Notes under the pieces: generated by a model
What the model saw: the letters and a program-made list of their open reading frames with translations, nothing else
What the model was told of the DNA's origin: nothing
Databases searched by the model: none
From: an uncultured Planctomycetaceae bacterium
GTDB lineage: Bacteria > Planctomycetota > Planctomycetia > Pirellulales > PALSA-1355
Direction: 5' to 3'
Assembly: GCA_963779015.1 (NCBI GenBank)
Contig: CAVZWY010000011.1
Span: forward strand, 20,344 to 84,343
Length of the DNA: 64,000 nt
Shown: positions 11,569-23,264 of the stretch, one piece after another
Layout of the letters: every line of letters begins with the position of its first letter
How positions within the stretch are numbered: position 1 is the first letter of the stretch
Program-made: the position numbers and the translations under genes

Positions 11569-13560
11569 ATGGCTATGTCCCGTTCGATCCATTCTCATTC
11601 CGCCGGATGGCTGGGGATTCTGGCCCTGATTGTCGTGTTGGGCGTTGCGTCGAGTTGTTGGGCGGCGCCGTTTACCGAGCTGCAACGCGCGCAGCTTCAC
11701 ACGGCCGAGACCTGGCTGCACAAGGCCGGCGAGCTCTACAAGGAGGGCAAGTACGCCGAAGCCGGAAAATACGTCGAACGAACCCAACGGGTGCTCAGGC
11801 TGCTGGCAGACGAGTCCGGGAACCTGGAAATTGCGACGAGCGAACTTGGCAAGCGAACGGAAAGGGCCCGGGAGCTGCTGGCAAAACATGGCGTGGAAGT
11901 CAAGGCGTTGCCAGCGCGGAAAGAGAAGCCTGCCGAGCCCAAGATGGACGCCACGGTCAGCTTCTCGCGCCAAGTGGCGCCTCTATTGTTGGCGAAATGC
12001 GGCGGCTGCCACGTGCAACGTGCGCGGGGCGAGTTCAGCATGGCAAGTTTCGCCGCGCTGGAAAAAGGCTCGGCCAGCGGCGCCGTCGTCATGCCGGGCG
12101 ATGCAAGCGGCAGCCGCTTGATCGAAGTGCTCGAATCGGGCGACATGCCCCGGGGAGGCGGCAAGGTCTCGCCCGAAGAATTGCAACGGCTGGTTGCCTG
12201 GATCAACGAGGGCGCGAAGTTCGACGGCGGCGACCCGGCTGCATCGCTGGCCAGTATCGCGCCGCCTGATGTCACCATTGCGCCCGACAAACTGGCGGTC
12301 GTGCCGGCCGACGGAACGGAGGAGGTGCTCTTTGCGCGCGACTTGGGCCCGGTGCTGATTGAGAATTGCGTGGGCTGTCACGGCGAGCGGAATCCGAGTA
12401 ACCAGTTCAGCGTGTTCACTTTCGCGCGAATGTTGCGGGGCGGTGTCCGGGGTGTGCCGCTGGCGCCAGGCAAGCCGGCCGAGAGCCTGCTGATCAAAAA
12501 GTTGCGCGGCCAGGCCGACGGCGAGCGCATGCCCCGCAACAAGCCTCCGCTAAGCGAAGAAACGATCGCCAAGTTCGAGAAATGGATCGCGCTGGGGGCC
12601 AAATTCGACGGCGAAGACGCCAACGGCCCGCTGGAAGATACCGTGGCGCTGGTCGTGGCCATGAACTCGACGCACGACGAGCTGGCCAAAAGCCGCGCGG
12701 ACCTGGCCGCCAGAAATTGGCGATTGATCCTGCCCGACACCGCGCCGGAGCACGTGGAAACGCCGCAAGTGGTGGTCTATGGCAGCGTCGGCCGCGAGTT
12801 GGTCGACAAGGTGGCCCGCGTGGCGGACGAACAGGCTGCCGGCATCGCCCGGCTGTTCGATTTGCCCTCCGGCCCGCTGGTGAAAGGCCGCGTCACGCTG
12901 TTCGTGTTCGACAATCGCTACGACTACGCGGAGGTCGGCACCATGCTCGAGCGGCGCGAAATCCCTGCCGCCTGGCACGGGCATTGGCGTTATACGGGTG
13001 TCGACGCCTACGGGTGTTTGTTGCTCGACGGCGATGACGTGCCGCCGGGATTGGTCGCGCAGCAAATGGCCGGCGCCTACGTTGCCAGCCTGGGCAAGGT
13101 TCCTCGGTGGTTTGCGGAAGGAACTGCCCGAGCAGTGGCGGCCAAGCTCGATCCGCGCGACGAGCGCGTCAAGGCGTGGGACACCGAGGCGGCGCGGTTG
13201 ATGCAATCGGCGGCCAAGCCCGGGGCGTTTCTTGGCGGCGACCTTCCGCCGGAAGAGAGCGACGTGTTGAGTTATAGCTTCGTGAAGTTTCTGATGAGCT
13301 CCACCAGTCGCTTTGCTGAACTATTGGCGGCCTTGAGCGCGGGCACAGCCTTCGAGCCGGCATTCGAGGCGAGCTATCGCGCCGCGCCTACCGCAGCCGT
13401 CGCCGAATGGAACAAGCGGATCAACCGCCGCGGGCGCGTAACGGCGCCAAGTCCCCTCAGCCATCGTTGGCCGGCTCACAAAATAACGACTTACGTCGTC
13501 ATTTTACGAAGCGCATCCATGCGACGTCGCAGCCAGTCGAATTCTTCGACAGCCTGCTAG
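11569..13560 (+). CDS. Secreted protein with two Planctomycete-type cytochrome-c-like (PSCyt1) CxxCH motifs; 3' end uncertain
   Basis: Signal peptide (LGILALIVVLGVASSCWAAP); LLLAKCGGCHVQRARGEFSMASF and LIENCVGCHGERNPSNQFSVFTF motifs; the last ~40 codons overlap the convergent gene and may be a frameshift artefact. Confidence 0.55.
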   Translation: MAMSRSIHSHSAGWLGILALIVVLGVASSCWAAPFTELQRAQLHTAETWLHKAGELYKEGKYAEAGKYVERTQRVLRLLADESGNLEIATSELGKRTERARELLAKHGVEVKALPARKEKPAEPKMDATVSFSRQVAPLLLAKCGGCHVQRARGEFSMASFAALEKGSASGAVVMPGDASGSRLIEVLESGDMPRGGGKVSPEELQRLVAWINEGAKFDGGDPAASLASIAPPDVTIAPDKLAVVPADGTEEVLFARDLGPVLIENCVGCHGERNPSNQFSVFTFARMLRGGVRGVPLAPGKPAESLLIKKLRGQADGERMPRNKPPLSEETIAKFEKWIALGAKFDGEDANGPLEDTVALVVAMNSTHDELAKSRADLAARNWRLILPDTAPEHVETPQVVVYGSVGRELVDKVARVADEQAAGIARLFDLPSGPLVKGRVTLFVFDNRYDYAEVGTMLERREIPAAWHGHWRYTGVDAYGCLLLDGDDVPPGLVAQQMAGAYVASLGKVPRWFAEGTARAVAAKLDPRDERVKAWDTEAARLMQSAAKPGAFLGGDLPPEESDVLSYSFVKFLMSSTSRFAELLAALSAGTAFEPAFEASYRAAPTAAVAEWNKRINRRGRVTAPSPLSHRWPAHKITTYVVILRSASMRRRSQSNSSTAC

Positions 13561-13790
13561 CCCATGTTCTGCTCGCTGATAAGCCGTACCACTTCCCAAC
13601 GGGTGGAGTCGCCGAGGAAGCAATAGCCACGATCGCCGGCAAGGCCGTGGGCTCCAGCAAAACTATGAACCAGGATGTGCTTGCCGCCGCGAGTCACATA
13701 TCGCTCTCCGTCCCAGTGAAGCAACACGGCCTTGGCGACCCCCTCGGGCTCGAGTACCTCGTTCAATTCGAACAATTGCAACTGTGCCAT
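13557..13790 (-). CDS. Hypothetical small protein
   Basis: ORF beginning MAQLQLFELNEVLEPEG...; sits in an operon-like position upstream of the larE-like gene; no recognisable motif. Confidence 0.3.
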   Translation of the reverse strand: MAQLQLFELNEVLEPEGVAKAVLLHWDGERYVTRGGKHILVHSFAGAHGLAGDRGYCFLGDSTRWEVVRLISEQNMG

Positions 13791-13818
13791 TGCCAGGTCT
13801 TTCGAAGATGAAGAAAGC

Positions 13819-14676
13819 CTACGAGCGATTGGCTTCGGCCAGCCGCTCGATCGATACCAGTGCATTGAGGCTACCCGACCGAAAGCCCTCCAGGTCGAGC
13901 GTTACGAATTTGAATCCCAGTTGCTTCAAACGCTCCACGATTTGCCGGCGCACGCCATCGTCGCAAAGTTGCGGCAGCGCGTTGAGCGGCAGTTCCAGCC
14001 GGGCCATGTCCCCCTTGTGGTAGCGCACGCGCAGGCTGCGCATCCCCAGTTCGCGCAGAAACCGTTCCGCGGCGTCGATCATCGCCAGGCGCTGGGGCGT
14101 GACTTCTTCGCCGTAGGCCACGCGGCTGCTCAAACACGGCGTCGCCGGCTTGTCCCACACGGGCAACTGCCAGTGTTCGGCCAATGCCCGCACGTCGGCC
14201 TTGCGGAATCCGCATTCGGCCAAGGGACTCCGCACGCGGTGTTCGCCGGCGGCCTTCATGCCCGGCCGATAGTCGCCGGCATCGTCGAGGTTCGCCCCGT
14301 TGAGAATCACTGCAACGCCAAGTCGCTGGGCGACGCCTTCCATCTGGGTGTACAGTTCGGTTTTGCAGTGATAGCAGCGATCGGGCGCGTTGCGGACATA
14401 GCCTTGTTGTGAGAACTCATCCGTCTGCAGCACTTCGTGGCGGATGCCGATCAGAGCCGCCAGGCGTCGCGCCTCGTCCAACTCGCCGGAGGCCAGACTG
14501 GCGCTGGCGCCGGTCACCGCCACGGCGCGCTCTCCGAGGGCAAGCTGCGCCGCTTTGGCCACCACGGTGCTATCGACACCAGCCGAGAATGCAACGGCGC
14601 ACGAGTCGTAGCCGCGGATCAACTCCACGACCTGCTCGGCCAGCGCTGCACGTTTGGCGGATTCGTCGACAGTCAT
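13819..14676 (-). CDS. larE: PP-loop superfamily ATP pyrophosphatase, LarE-like (ATP-dependent sacrificial sulfur transferase family, TIGR00268-like)
   Basis: CAVAFSAGVDSTVVAKAA (PP-loop SGGxDS), conserved Cys cluster CYHCK, C-terminal DLEGFRSGSLN. Confidence 0.65.
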   Translation of the reverse strand: MTVDESAKRAALAEQVVELIRGYDSCAVAFSAGVDSTVVAKAAQLALGERAVAVTGASASLASGELDEARRLAALIGIRHEVLQTDEFSQQGYVRNAPDRCYHCKTELYTQMEGVAQRLGVAVILNGANLDDAGDYRPGMKAAGEHRVRSPLAECGFRKADVRALAEHWQLPVWDKPATPCLSSRVAYGEEVTPQRLAMIDAAERFLRELGMRSLRVRYHKGDMARLELPLNALPQLCDDGVRRQIVERLKQLGFKFVTLDLEGFRSGSLNALVSIERLAEANRS

Positions 14677-14911
14677 CGCGCAAACCTGGAATGGGAGGAA
14701 CCGTCTCGTCGCCGCGGCGGTTGGCACGGCACCGGATATTTGACTATCGGAATTGTAGCACGGTCGAGATCAATGTGGGGCGACTTGCGCTTTCGACAGC
14801 CTAACCGGCGCAGCAATTCACCGCTACTTGCATGGCTCATTCATCTGTGGGATATTTTTGGGTTTCCCCTCTCGGTTGGCGAAATCCGGCTATGAAAGCT
14901 TGAGGACCGGA

Positions 14912-15643
14912 ATGCGGATCTGGCCTGCGATCGATCTCCGCGGCGGCAAGTGCGTACGGCTGCGACAGGGAGATTACCGTCGCGAAACCGTCTTTGGAGA
15001 AGATCCGGCCGCGATGGCGCGGCATTGGGCCGGCCAGGGCGCGGAGTGCCTGCACTTGGTCGATCTGGACGGTGCGCGCAGCGGCACGGTCGAAAACTGG
15101 GCCAGCATCGAAGCCATCGTTGCCGCGGTGGACATTCCTTGCGAGTTGGGCGGAGGCGTGCGCGACGAGGCGACCATCCAGCGACTGTTCGACCTGGGGG
15201 TCGCCCGCGTCGTGATCGGCACGCTGGCGCTGAAACAGCCCGCTTGGTTTCGGCAAATGTGCCGCAAGTTTCCCGAGCGGATCGCGCTGGGGCTCGACGC
15301 GCGCAAGGGAGCCGTGGCCACCGAGGGCTGGCTGGAGACGAGCGGCACGTCGGCGCTCGATCTGGCTGTGAGCTTTGCCGACGACCCGCTGGCCGCGATC
15401 ATCTATACCGACATCGACACCGACGGCATGCTCTCGGGGCCGAATTTCGAATCGATCGCCAAGCTGCAGCAGGCCGTGCGAATACCGGTGGTCGCCTCGG
15501 GCGGCGTCACCACGGGAGAAGACGTCAGCCAACTGGCCGCCTTGGGAGTATCCGATTGCATCATCGGCCGCGCATTGTATGAAGAGACTTTGACCTTGAG
15601 TGACGCGATGCGGCGGGCGCGCCCAATGAAAGAGAGTATGTAA
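14912..15643 (+). CDS. hisA: 1-(5-phosphoribosyl)-5-[(5-phosphoribosylamino)methylideneamino]imidazole-4-carboxamide isomerase HisA
   Basis: MRIWPAIDLRGGKCVRLRQGD...VIGTLAL...VVASGGV matches the HisA (beta/alpha)8 signature. Confidence 0.85.
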   Translation: MRIWPAIDLRGGKCVRLRQGDYRRETVFGEDPAAMARHWAGQGAECLHLVDLDGARSGTVENWASIEAIVAAVDIPCELGGGVRDEATIQRLFDLGVARVVIGTLALKQPAWFRQMCRKFPERIALGLDARKGAVATEGWLETSGTSALDLAVSFADDPLAAIIYTDIDTDGMLSGPNFESIAKLQQAVRIPVVASGGVTTGEDVSQLAALGVSDCIIGRALYEETLTLSDAMRRARPMKESM

Positions 15644-15687
15644 AAACCAACCACACGACCTTGTTCGACGATCGAAAGGGAACCAGC

Positions 15688-17786
15688 ATGACGCAAAGCA
15701 AGGTTCAGGATATTCGCAATATTGCGTTCTGTGGACACGGATCGTCCGGAAAAACCACGCTGATCGACACCCTGTTGACCACCACCGGCGCGGTCAACCG
15801 ACCGGCCAGCGTCGACAATGGCACCAGCATCTGCGACTTCGACGAAGAGGAGAAGGCGCACCATCATTCGGTCGAGAGCACGCTGGTGCATTTCGACCAC
15901 GGCGGCAAGCACTTCAACGTGCTCGACACGCCGGGTTACCCCGACTTGATCGGCCAGGTCATCGGCGCGCTCAACGGCGTCGACACTGCGGCGATCGTGA
16001 TCGACGCCCACTCGGGCATCGGCGTCAACACGCGCCGCGTCTTCCAAGAGGCCGGCAGGCGCGGCGTCGGCCGGGTGATCGTGATCAACAAGCTCGACGC
16101 CGAAAACGTCGACTTCCGGGGTTTGCTGAGCAGCATCCAGGAGCTGTTTGGCCTGGCGTGCATTCCCTACAACGTGCCGCTGGGGCACGGCTCGGACTAC
16201 CAGGGGGTCGTCAGCGCGCTTAACCCGCCCGACAAGACCGACGGGGCGCTGGTGGATGTCGTGGCCACGAACGAAGCACTGATCGAAGCCATCATTGAAG
16301 TCGACGAAGGCGTGACCGAACGCTATTTCGAAGGCCAGCTTCCCACTAGCGAAGAGCTGACGCGACTGATCCCCGCAGCGGTGGCCGAGGGCACTTTGAT
16401 TCCCGTCATTTCCGTGTCGGCCAAGACCGGCGCTGGCATGAGCGAGTTGCTCGACGCACTGGCGATGCTGCGCTGCCGCCCGACAGGATCGAGCGCACCG
16501 CCAAGAACGATGCCGGCGAGGAAGTGGTGCTCAAGTGCGATCCGGCCGGGCCGCTGGCAGCCCAGGTTTTCAAAACGCGCATCGACCCGTTCGTACACAA
16601 ACTGAGCTTCCTGCGCATTTTTTCGGGCACGATCAAGAAGGACGACAGCGTACACGTCTCCGGGGTGCGCAAGGCGATCAAGCTGCATCAATTGCTCGCG
16701 GTGCAAGCCAACGAGACGCAGGCGATCGACGAGGTCAGCGCCGGCGACATCGTGGCCGTGGCCAAGGTTGACGAGTTGCACACGGGACTATCGATCGGCG
16801 AACTGGAATTGCCGCCGATCAAGTTTCCCACGCCGATGGTCGGCCTGGCCGTCACGCCCAAGAGCCGCGGCGACGAAGGTAAGCTATCCGGAGCGCTCCA
16901 GAAGATCACCGAGGAGGACAGCACCGTTCAGTTGCATCGCGACGGGCAGACGCACGAGCTGGTGATCAACGGCATGAGCGAATTGCACCTGCAGATGCTG
17001 CAAGAACGGCTCAAGCGGCGCGACAAGGTCGAGGTGGAAACCAAGGAGCCCAAGATTCCCTATCGCGAAACCGTGCAGTCGGACGCCGAGGGGAGCTATC
17101 GCCACAAGAAACAGTCGGGCGGTCGCGGACAGTTTGGCGAGGTGCACATCCGCATGTATCCGCTGCCGGCGGACATCGACCCCGCCGAGTACTGCACCAA
17201 GGAGCGATTCCCCCACATGCGCGAGTTTCACTACGACAAGGCGCACAATTTCTTGTGGGTCGATTCGATCGTCGGCGGCACGATTCCCAACAATTTCTTG
17301 CCGGCCGTGGAAAAGGGATTCAAAGAGCGCTTGGATCGCGGCGTGATCGCCGGATACCAGATCGAGAACGTGTGCGTGGAAGTGCACTTTGGCAAACACC
17401 ACCCGGTGGATAGCTCGGAAGCGGCCTTCAAGACGGCCGGCTCGATGGCCTTTCGCGACGTGTTTCAGCACGCCAAGCCCGGGCTGTTGGAGCCATTGGT
17501 CGTCTTGCACGTGACCGTGCCCGGCGGCAAGTTGGGTGACATCAGCAGCGACATGTCGGGGCGTCGTGGCCGGGTGATGGGAATGGAGGCGGCCGGTGGC
17601 GACTTGCAGACCATCTCGGCCGAAGTGCCGCTAGCAGAAGTCACCACGTATGCCCGGTCCTTGTCGAGCCTGACCGGCGGCCAGGGCAGCTATACCATGG
17701 AGTTCAGCCGCTACGACCTGGTGCCGGGCAACGTACAGAAGGATATCGTCGACAAGGCAGTCCTGAAGGAAGAAGAGGAGGATTGA
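15688..17786 (+). CDS. Elongation factor G family GTPase (EF-G paralog); apparent frameshift near 16480
   Basis: RNIAFCGHGSSGKTTLIDTLL (G1), DTPGYPDL (G3), INKLD (G4); the C-terminal EF-G domains III-V are in ORF 16524-17786; RBS AAGGGA precedes the ATG at 15688. Confidence 0.8.
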
Positions 17787-17898
17787 GCGGCCAATTGAAT
17801 GGCTCAAGCCGGCTGCTAATAGTTGCCAGGCATGCCTATGTCCACCGTTCGCATGAGCTGTATATTGCCCGCACGGGATTCGTGCTACACTGACGATC

Positions 17899-18180
17899 AT
17901 GCAACATGAGCTTTCACTACAATCCGAGCAGTACCTGGACAAGATTGTTTCAGGCGGCCTGTACCCGTCCAAGGAAGCCGCTTTGGAAGCCGCTGTTGAG
18001 GCACTTCGCGAGAAGACTCAAGAAATCCCATTCGTGCCAGATGAGCACATGGAGCGGATCGAGAAGGCAATTGAATCCGCCAATGCAGGCAAAGCAACAC
18101 CGATGACCGCAGCCGATTGGGCCGGACTCCGGCAACGCGCGGTTGATATCGCCGACCGCAAAGCCGCTCGCGGTGACTGA
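17899..18180 (+). CDS. parD: ParD-like antitoxin (type II TA)
   Basis: 93-aa acidic helical protein; its stop overlaps the start of the parE-like gene (TGATGG). Confidence 0.55.
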   Translation: MQHELSLQSEQYLDKIVSGGLYPSKEAALEAAVEALREKTQEIPFVPDEHMERIEKAIESANAGKATPMTAADWAGLRQRAVDIADRKAARGD

Positions 18181-18470
18181 TGGGTATTGTCGAGAGACTG
18201 CCCGAAGCAAAGGCGACCCTCAATTCGATTGTTGATCGTATCGCCGAAGGTAATCTGCCGGCTGCCCTCGATTGGCTGCAAGAAATCGAGGAGGTGTTCG
18301 CGTTGCTGTCCACCCAGCCATTCATGGGCCAGGAGCTTGCTACGCGACGCTTGGGAAAGCTGCGTCGGCACGTGTTTGGCAACTACTTGATCTATTTCCG
18401 GCCGATCCCAGATGGCGTACAAATCTTGGAAGTCATTCATGCCGCCCGCGATCAAGATCGATTGGTATAG
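18180..18470 (+). CDS. parE: ParE/RelE-family toxin (type II TA)
   Basis: 96 aa; FGNYLIYFRPIPDGVQILEVIHAARD is characteristic of the ParE/RelE fold. Confidence 0.7.
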   Translation: MGIVERLPEAKATLNSIVDRIAEGNLPAALDWLQEIEEVFALLSTQPFMGQELATRRLGKLRRHVFGNYLIYFRPIPDGVQILEVIHAARDQDRLV

Positions 18471-18873
18471 CTCCCGGTAGAAGATTACGTAGGGAGACGT
18501 TGCACTTTCGATGGGACTGAAATTGACTAAACTTGGCGGGCATGGGCGGCCGAAGCCAATTACGGTAAACTTGCTTTTGCCGCCCGCGCCGCCTACGATA
18601 TGCGGCGCTGGGCCATTTCGCCCGCGTCGTTCCCAAGAAAACGGCTCACGCTGCGGCGTGTCCCACCCATTTCGGTGCCTTCGGTGACCACGACCAGAAA
18701 ACGAATGGTTGGCGGTTTTCAGTGCTCCTGTACGGGGTAGCCGCACGGCTACATTTTCCCCGGCAGCATATTCCCCGGCAGCGATCTCGTCCAATTCTCA
18801 CCCACGTGTTTCCGCTGATGACGCCCCGTCGGTCATTTTCCGGCGGCGCCGAAGCGTTTCAGGAGCAACCGCC

Positions 18874-19830
<957 letters not shown>

Positions 19831-19847
19831 GGCGACCGCGGCGGTTG

Positions 19848-22547
19848 TCACGTTGATTTCCGGGACATGTTGCGTCTGGCTGAAACGCCCGGCAGTGAGA
19901 TCAGTCCCAGCAGGCTGATGACGCTGATCGCCGCGCCCCACGCAAAGGCGAGCGGTTGGTATCGATAGACGAGCCGATGCCGGCCGGCAGGCAGCATCGC
20001 CCCGCGCAGCACGCGATTCGTTCGCAGCAGGGGCATGTCGCGCGACGTGCCGTCCGTTTCGACCGTGAGCGTCCAGCCTGGGTCGTAGGCATCGGCCAGC
20101 ACGACCAGTCCGGCGCTGGCAAGTTGCACGTCGATTTCGACACGCTGCGGTTCGGCCGAGACGACGTTGCAGGTTTCGGCGGCGCCGTCCGCAGCCGGTT
20201 TGGCGAACTCCGGCAATTCGGCGTTGGTTTCCACCACGGCTTCGCGGGACCAATCCCGCGGGTGATCGGTGGGGAAAAGTACTTCTTCGGTGCGCTGCTT
20301 AACTCCTGCGGGCGAGTTGTCGGCCAGTTCGCTCAGCACGTGAACTTCGTGGACGATCCACGCACGCGGCAGCGGGTTGGCAACGTCGACGAGCGCGACG
20401 CCCGACGCGACCGCGGAATCGTGCGGCGCCAACTTCGTCGGAACGATCGCCTTCAAAACACCTAGCAAGCGAAGTAGGTGTGCTGGGGGTAAACCTGAAG
20501 GCGCCTCGGCGTGCTCGCGGGCAACCTCCCACAGGACGTGTACGTCGTAGGGCGTCAACGTGCCCGGAGTTTCTACTAGCGGAGTCTGATACGTCAGGTT
20601 GTATTTGGGATGCATGGTCGCCCGTTCCCAGGCGAGACTTTCCTGCAATCGTCGGGGCGAGCTGGTGGTGCGCCACGTGTCGTTCCAGCAGAGCGGATCG
20701 CGATAGAAGCGGACCGCGCTGTCGCCGGTGCGCACGTGATCCAGCGAACTGGCAGGAGTCTGCCATAGCGCCGCCGGCGCGTAGGGCACCAGCGGTCGCT
20801 GCGCAATGGCCAGTTCGGCCGCGGTCAGCAAGAGACACACGATTCGGATACTGCCACGCGGTGCCGGCGCGTTTGGGATTCGCAAGGCACTGCCAATGGC
20901 CGTCGCCAGGTCACTGCGGGTTCGAACCGCGGGAAATCGGCGATGCCGTATTCGCGGATCCAACAACATCATGAACAGCCAGGCGACCACGCTCGTCTGC
21001 AGCAGCGCGTTGTGCACGGCGATGCGAGCTACCTGGCAATCGAACGGACCGAACAGCTCGTTGGGCCGTATGCCGGCAAGCACGTCGCACACCCGGGGCC
21101 ACTGTGGGAGCAGCAGACCGAGCATGAAAATGCTCACGATCGCCAGCAGTTGGAAAAATCGCCAGCAGCGCGCGGCTTCGCTCGACCAGAGTTTGTCCCA
21201 GCCAATCGCCGCCAGCACGCTCAAGCCGAGACTGGTGATGACCAGCAGTTTCGCCGGGTAGCGAAAATAGACGTAGCCGGGCAGCACCACCGTCATGAGC
21301 CAGTAGACTCCTCCGACTTCGTCGCCAACGTTTCCGCCGATCGAAACACCGAACCATCCACCGACTTCGCGCGCCCACCATACCAGTCCGTATACGCCCA
21401 AACCGGCTAACGCCCCCAGCAGCGTCATCCAACTCAGCCAGCGCACGCCAGGAGGTGCCTTGCGGCGGATGCTGAACGTGGCCACCGCCAACACGAACGG
21501 CAGCAAGCCCATGTAGAGCGACGGGGTCCAGACGCGACCTTCCGCCGGCAGGACGTCCAACCAGCGGGAGTTGATGGGAAAATGTCGTCCGGAGACATTC
21601 GGCCAGACGAATTCGATGGCCCGCCAGGGACCGACGTTGAATTGATAAATCTGCTGCGTGTGCTCATCGTCGGCAGCACCCAGCAGGCCGGCGTACCAGG
21701 TCGAAGCACCAGTGCGCTCGGTAGCGGGTGAAAACGGCGTCGCGGCAAGTTCATACACGTTGCGCGGCGCGGCATGGGCCGAGCGCAAGCTGTGTTGCGT
21801 TGCTTGCCAGCAAGGCAGGATTTGCACCGCCGAGAGCAGCAGGCCGAGAGCCGCGGCCGTGGCCAGCAAGCCGACGGAGCGAAGCAGCGGCGGCGCCGGC
21901 GATTGCCTGGCAGCGCGCCACAGGATGACTGCGTCGAGCACTGCCAGCAACCCGGCGTTGACTGCCATCTGAGGATCGCCGCCGGTGACGATCAAGGCCA
22001 GCACGACGCCGAGGCCGATGGCCGCGCGCGAGCTTCCCTGGCGCAACATTCGGTCGGCCAACTCGAGCGCCAGAGGAAGCCAGGCCGCGCCGATCAGGAA
22101 CACGACGTTGCAATATTGGAACAGCACGTTGCCGGAAAAGGCGTAGGAGACGGCCGCCAGCCCCGCTCCCAGCACGCCGACGCCGAAGTGTCGAGCCAGG
22201 CGATAGCTCGTATAGGCGGCCAGCACGACGTGGGCCACGACAAACATGTTCAACAGCAGCGTGTAATCGAGCGGCAAGGCGAACAGCAGCTTGCCGGGAT
22301 AGAAGACGCTGGAAGTGGCGTCGCCGGCCAGCGGCATGCCGAGGTTTTCATAGGGGTTCCAAAGCGGCACACGGCCGGCTGCCCACGTTGCGCGGACCAG
22401 CGCGAACAAGGGATGATAGAAATGGGCGGCGTCCCGATAGACGAAGCCGTAGCGGCCGCGGAGCGCCGGCGCGAAGATCGCCACCGAGAGCGCGCCGACC
22501 GTGAGCCCGACGATCCACTGCGACTTTGCAATTCGTGCGTCTGCCAC
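19848..22547 (-). CDS. YfhO-family polytopic membrane protein (GT-C-like), 899 aa, intact
   Basis: Many TM helices in the N-terminal ~550 aa, a soluble C-terminal domain and a final TM; no frame disruption. Confidence 0.55.
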   Translation of the reverse strand: MADARIAKSQWIVGLTVGALSVAIFAPALRGRYGFVYRDAAHFYHPLFALVRATWAAGRVPLWNPYENLGMPLAGDATSSVFYPGKLLFALPLDYTLLLNMFVVAHVVLAAYTSYRLARHFGVGVLGAGLAAVSYAFSGNVLFQYCNVVFLIGAAWLPLALELADRMLRQGSSRAAIGLGVVLALIVTGGDPQMAVNAGLLAVLDAVILWRAARQSPAPPLLRSVGLLATAAALGLLLSAVQILPCWQATQHSLRSAHAAPRNVYELAATPFSPATERTGASTWYAGLLGAADDEHTQQIYQFNVGPWRAIEFVWPNVSGRHFPINSRWLDVLPAEGRVWTPSLYMGLLPFVLAVATFSIRRKAPPGVRWLSWMTLLGALAGLGVYGLVWWAREVGGWFGVSIGGNVGDEVGGVYWLMTVVLPGYVYFRYPAKLLVITSLGLSVLAAIGWDKLWSSEAARCWRFFQLLAIVSIFMLGLLLPQWPRVCDVLAGIRPNELFGPFDCQVARIAVHNALLQTSVVAWLFMMLLDPRIRHRRFPAVRTRSDLATAIGSALRIPNAPAPRGSIRIVCLLLTAAELAIAQRPLVPYAPAALWQTPASSLDHVRTGDSAVRFYRDPLCWNDTWRTTSSPRRLQESLAWERATMHPKYNLTYQTPLVETPGTLTPYDVHVLWEVAREHAEAPSGLPPAHLLRLLGVLKAIVPTKLAPHDSAVASGVALVDVANPLPRAWIVHEVHVLSELADNSPAGVKQRTEEVLFPTDHPRDWSREAVVETNAELPEFAKPAADGAAETCNVVSAEPQRVEIDVQLASAGLVVLADAYDPGWTLTVETDGTSRDMPLLRTNRVLRGAMLPAGRHRLVYRYQPLAFAWGAAISVISLLGLISLPGVSARRNMSRKST

Positions 22548-22643
22548 GAGATACCTGCGTGTGAGCGCGGCGCTTGGCTGCCCTGTATCCTACCCCGAGA
22601 GCCAGTGCGGCTTAACCCGGGCCTAGCGCGCAGGATCGAGCGA

Positions 22644-23001
22644 TCAGACCGCCAGTCGAGCCGCGCGGGAGATTCGGCGGCGCGTCTGGCGCAACGTCGA
22701 TTCCAGCTCGGCGGCTAGTTTCGGCAGATCGGCGGCCAATCGGGTGGGGCGAAAGGTCGCTGCCAGCGAGCAACTGCGGAGGCTGGGGTCACCGCGCCGG
22801 GCCGCGCGGATGGAGCGTGGGGCGGGGGCCGATTCGCCGACGCACGGCGCGTAGGGCGCGGTCCGATCCGGTAAGATAGGCCAGAAACTCCGCCAGAGTG
22901 CCGTCCGGGTCGCGACCTGTCCCAAGCGCGTTGCCGGCATGGCTGGGCCGCGTCTCGAAGACAACCAGGCCGGCAACGCGTCTATCGGCTTTTTCAATCA
23001 T
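22644..23001 (-). CDS. Hypothetical small protein downstream of atpC (frame uncertain)
   Basis: ATG at 23001 (MIEKADRRVAGLVVFETRP...) with a probable frame switch into ORF 22644-22997; no recognisable motif. Confidence 0.2.
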
Positions 23002-23264
23002 GCACGTTCCCGACCGCTTTGTCCCCGCCCGGGGACTGAAGTGAATCACCCGCCCAGATCGCTCGTGGCGCTTCCGCCAGCCGCCTGCGTTGCTCGATCC
23101 GCCGCGTGCGACGCGCCCTTGCCTGCCAACCATCTTCGGACCGTCCGCTGCGCAACGATCAATCGGATTGCGCGCACGGTGCTGGAAACGGCCGCGCGGG
23201 TCGGGTGGGTCGGCGTGGCGAAGATAGTCGGCTTGGCTTGCAAGCCGGACGAGGCGGCAACGTG

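Noticed and set aside
23046-23264. 70-codon C-terminal extension of atpC
   Set aside because: The epsilon subunit is complete by about 23270. The extension is low-complexity (Ala/Ser/Thr/Arg), and an alternative frame has a stop at the expected position, so this is probably a read-through artefact.
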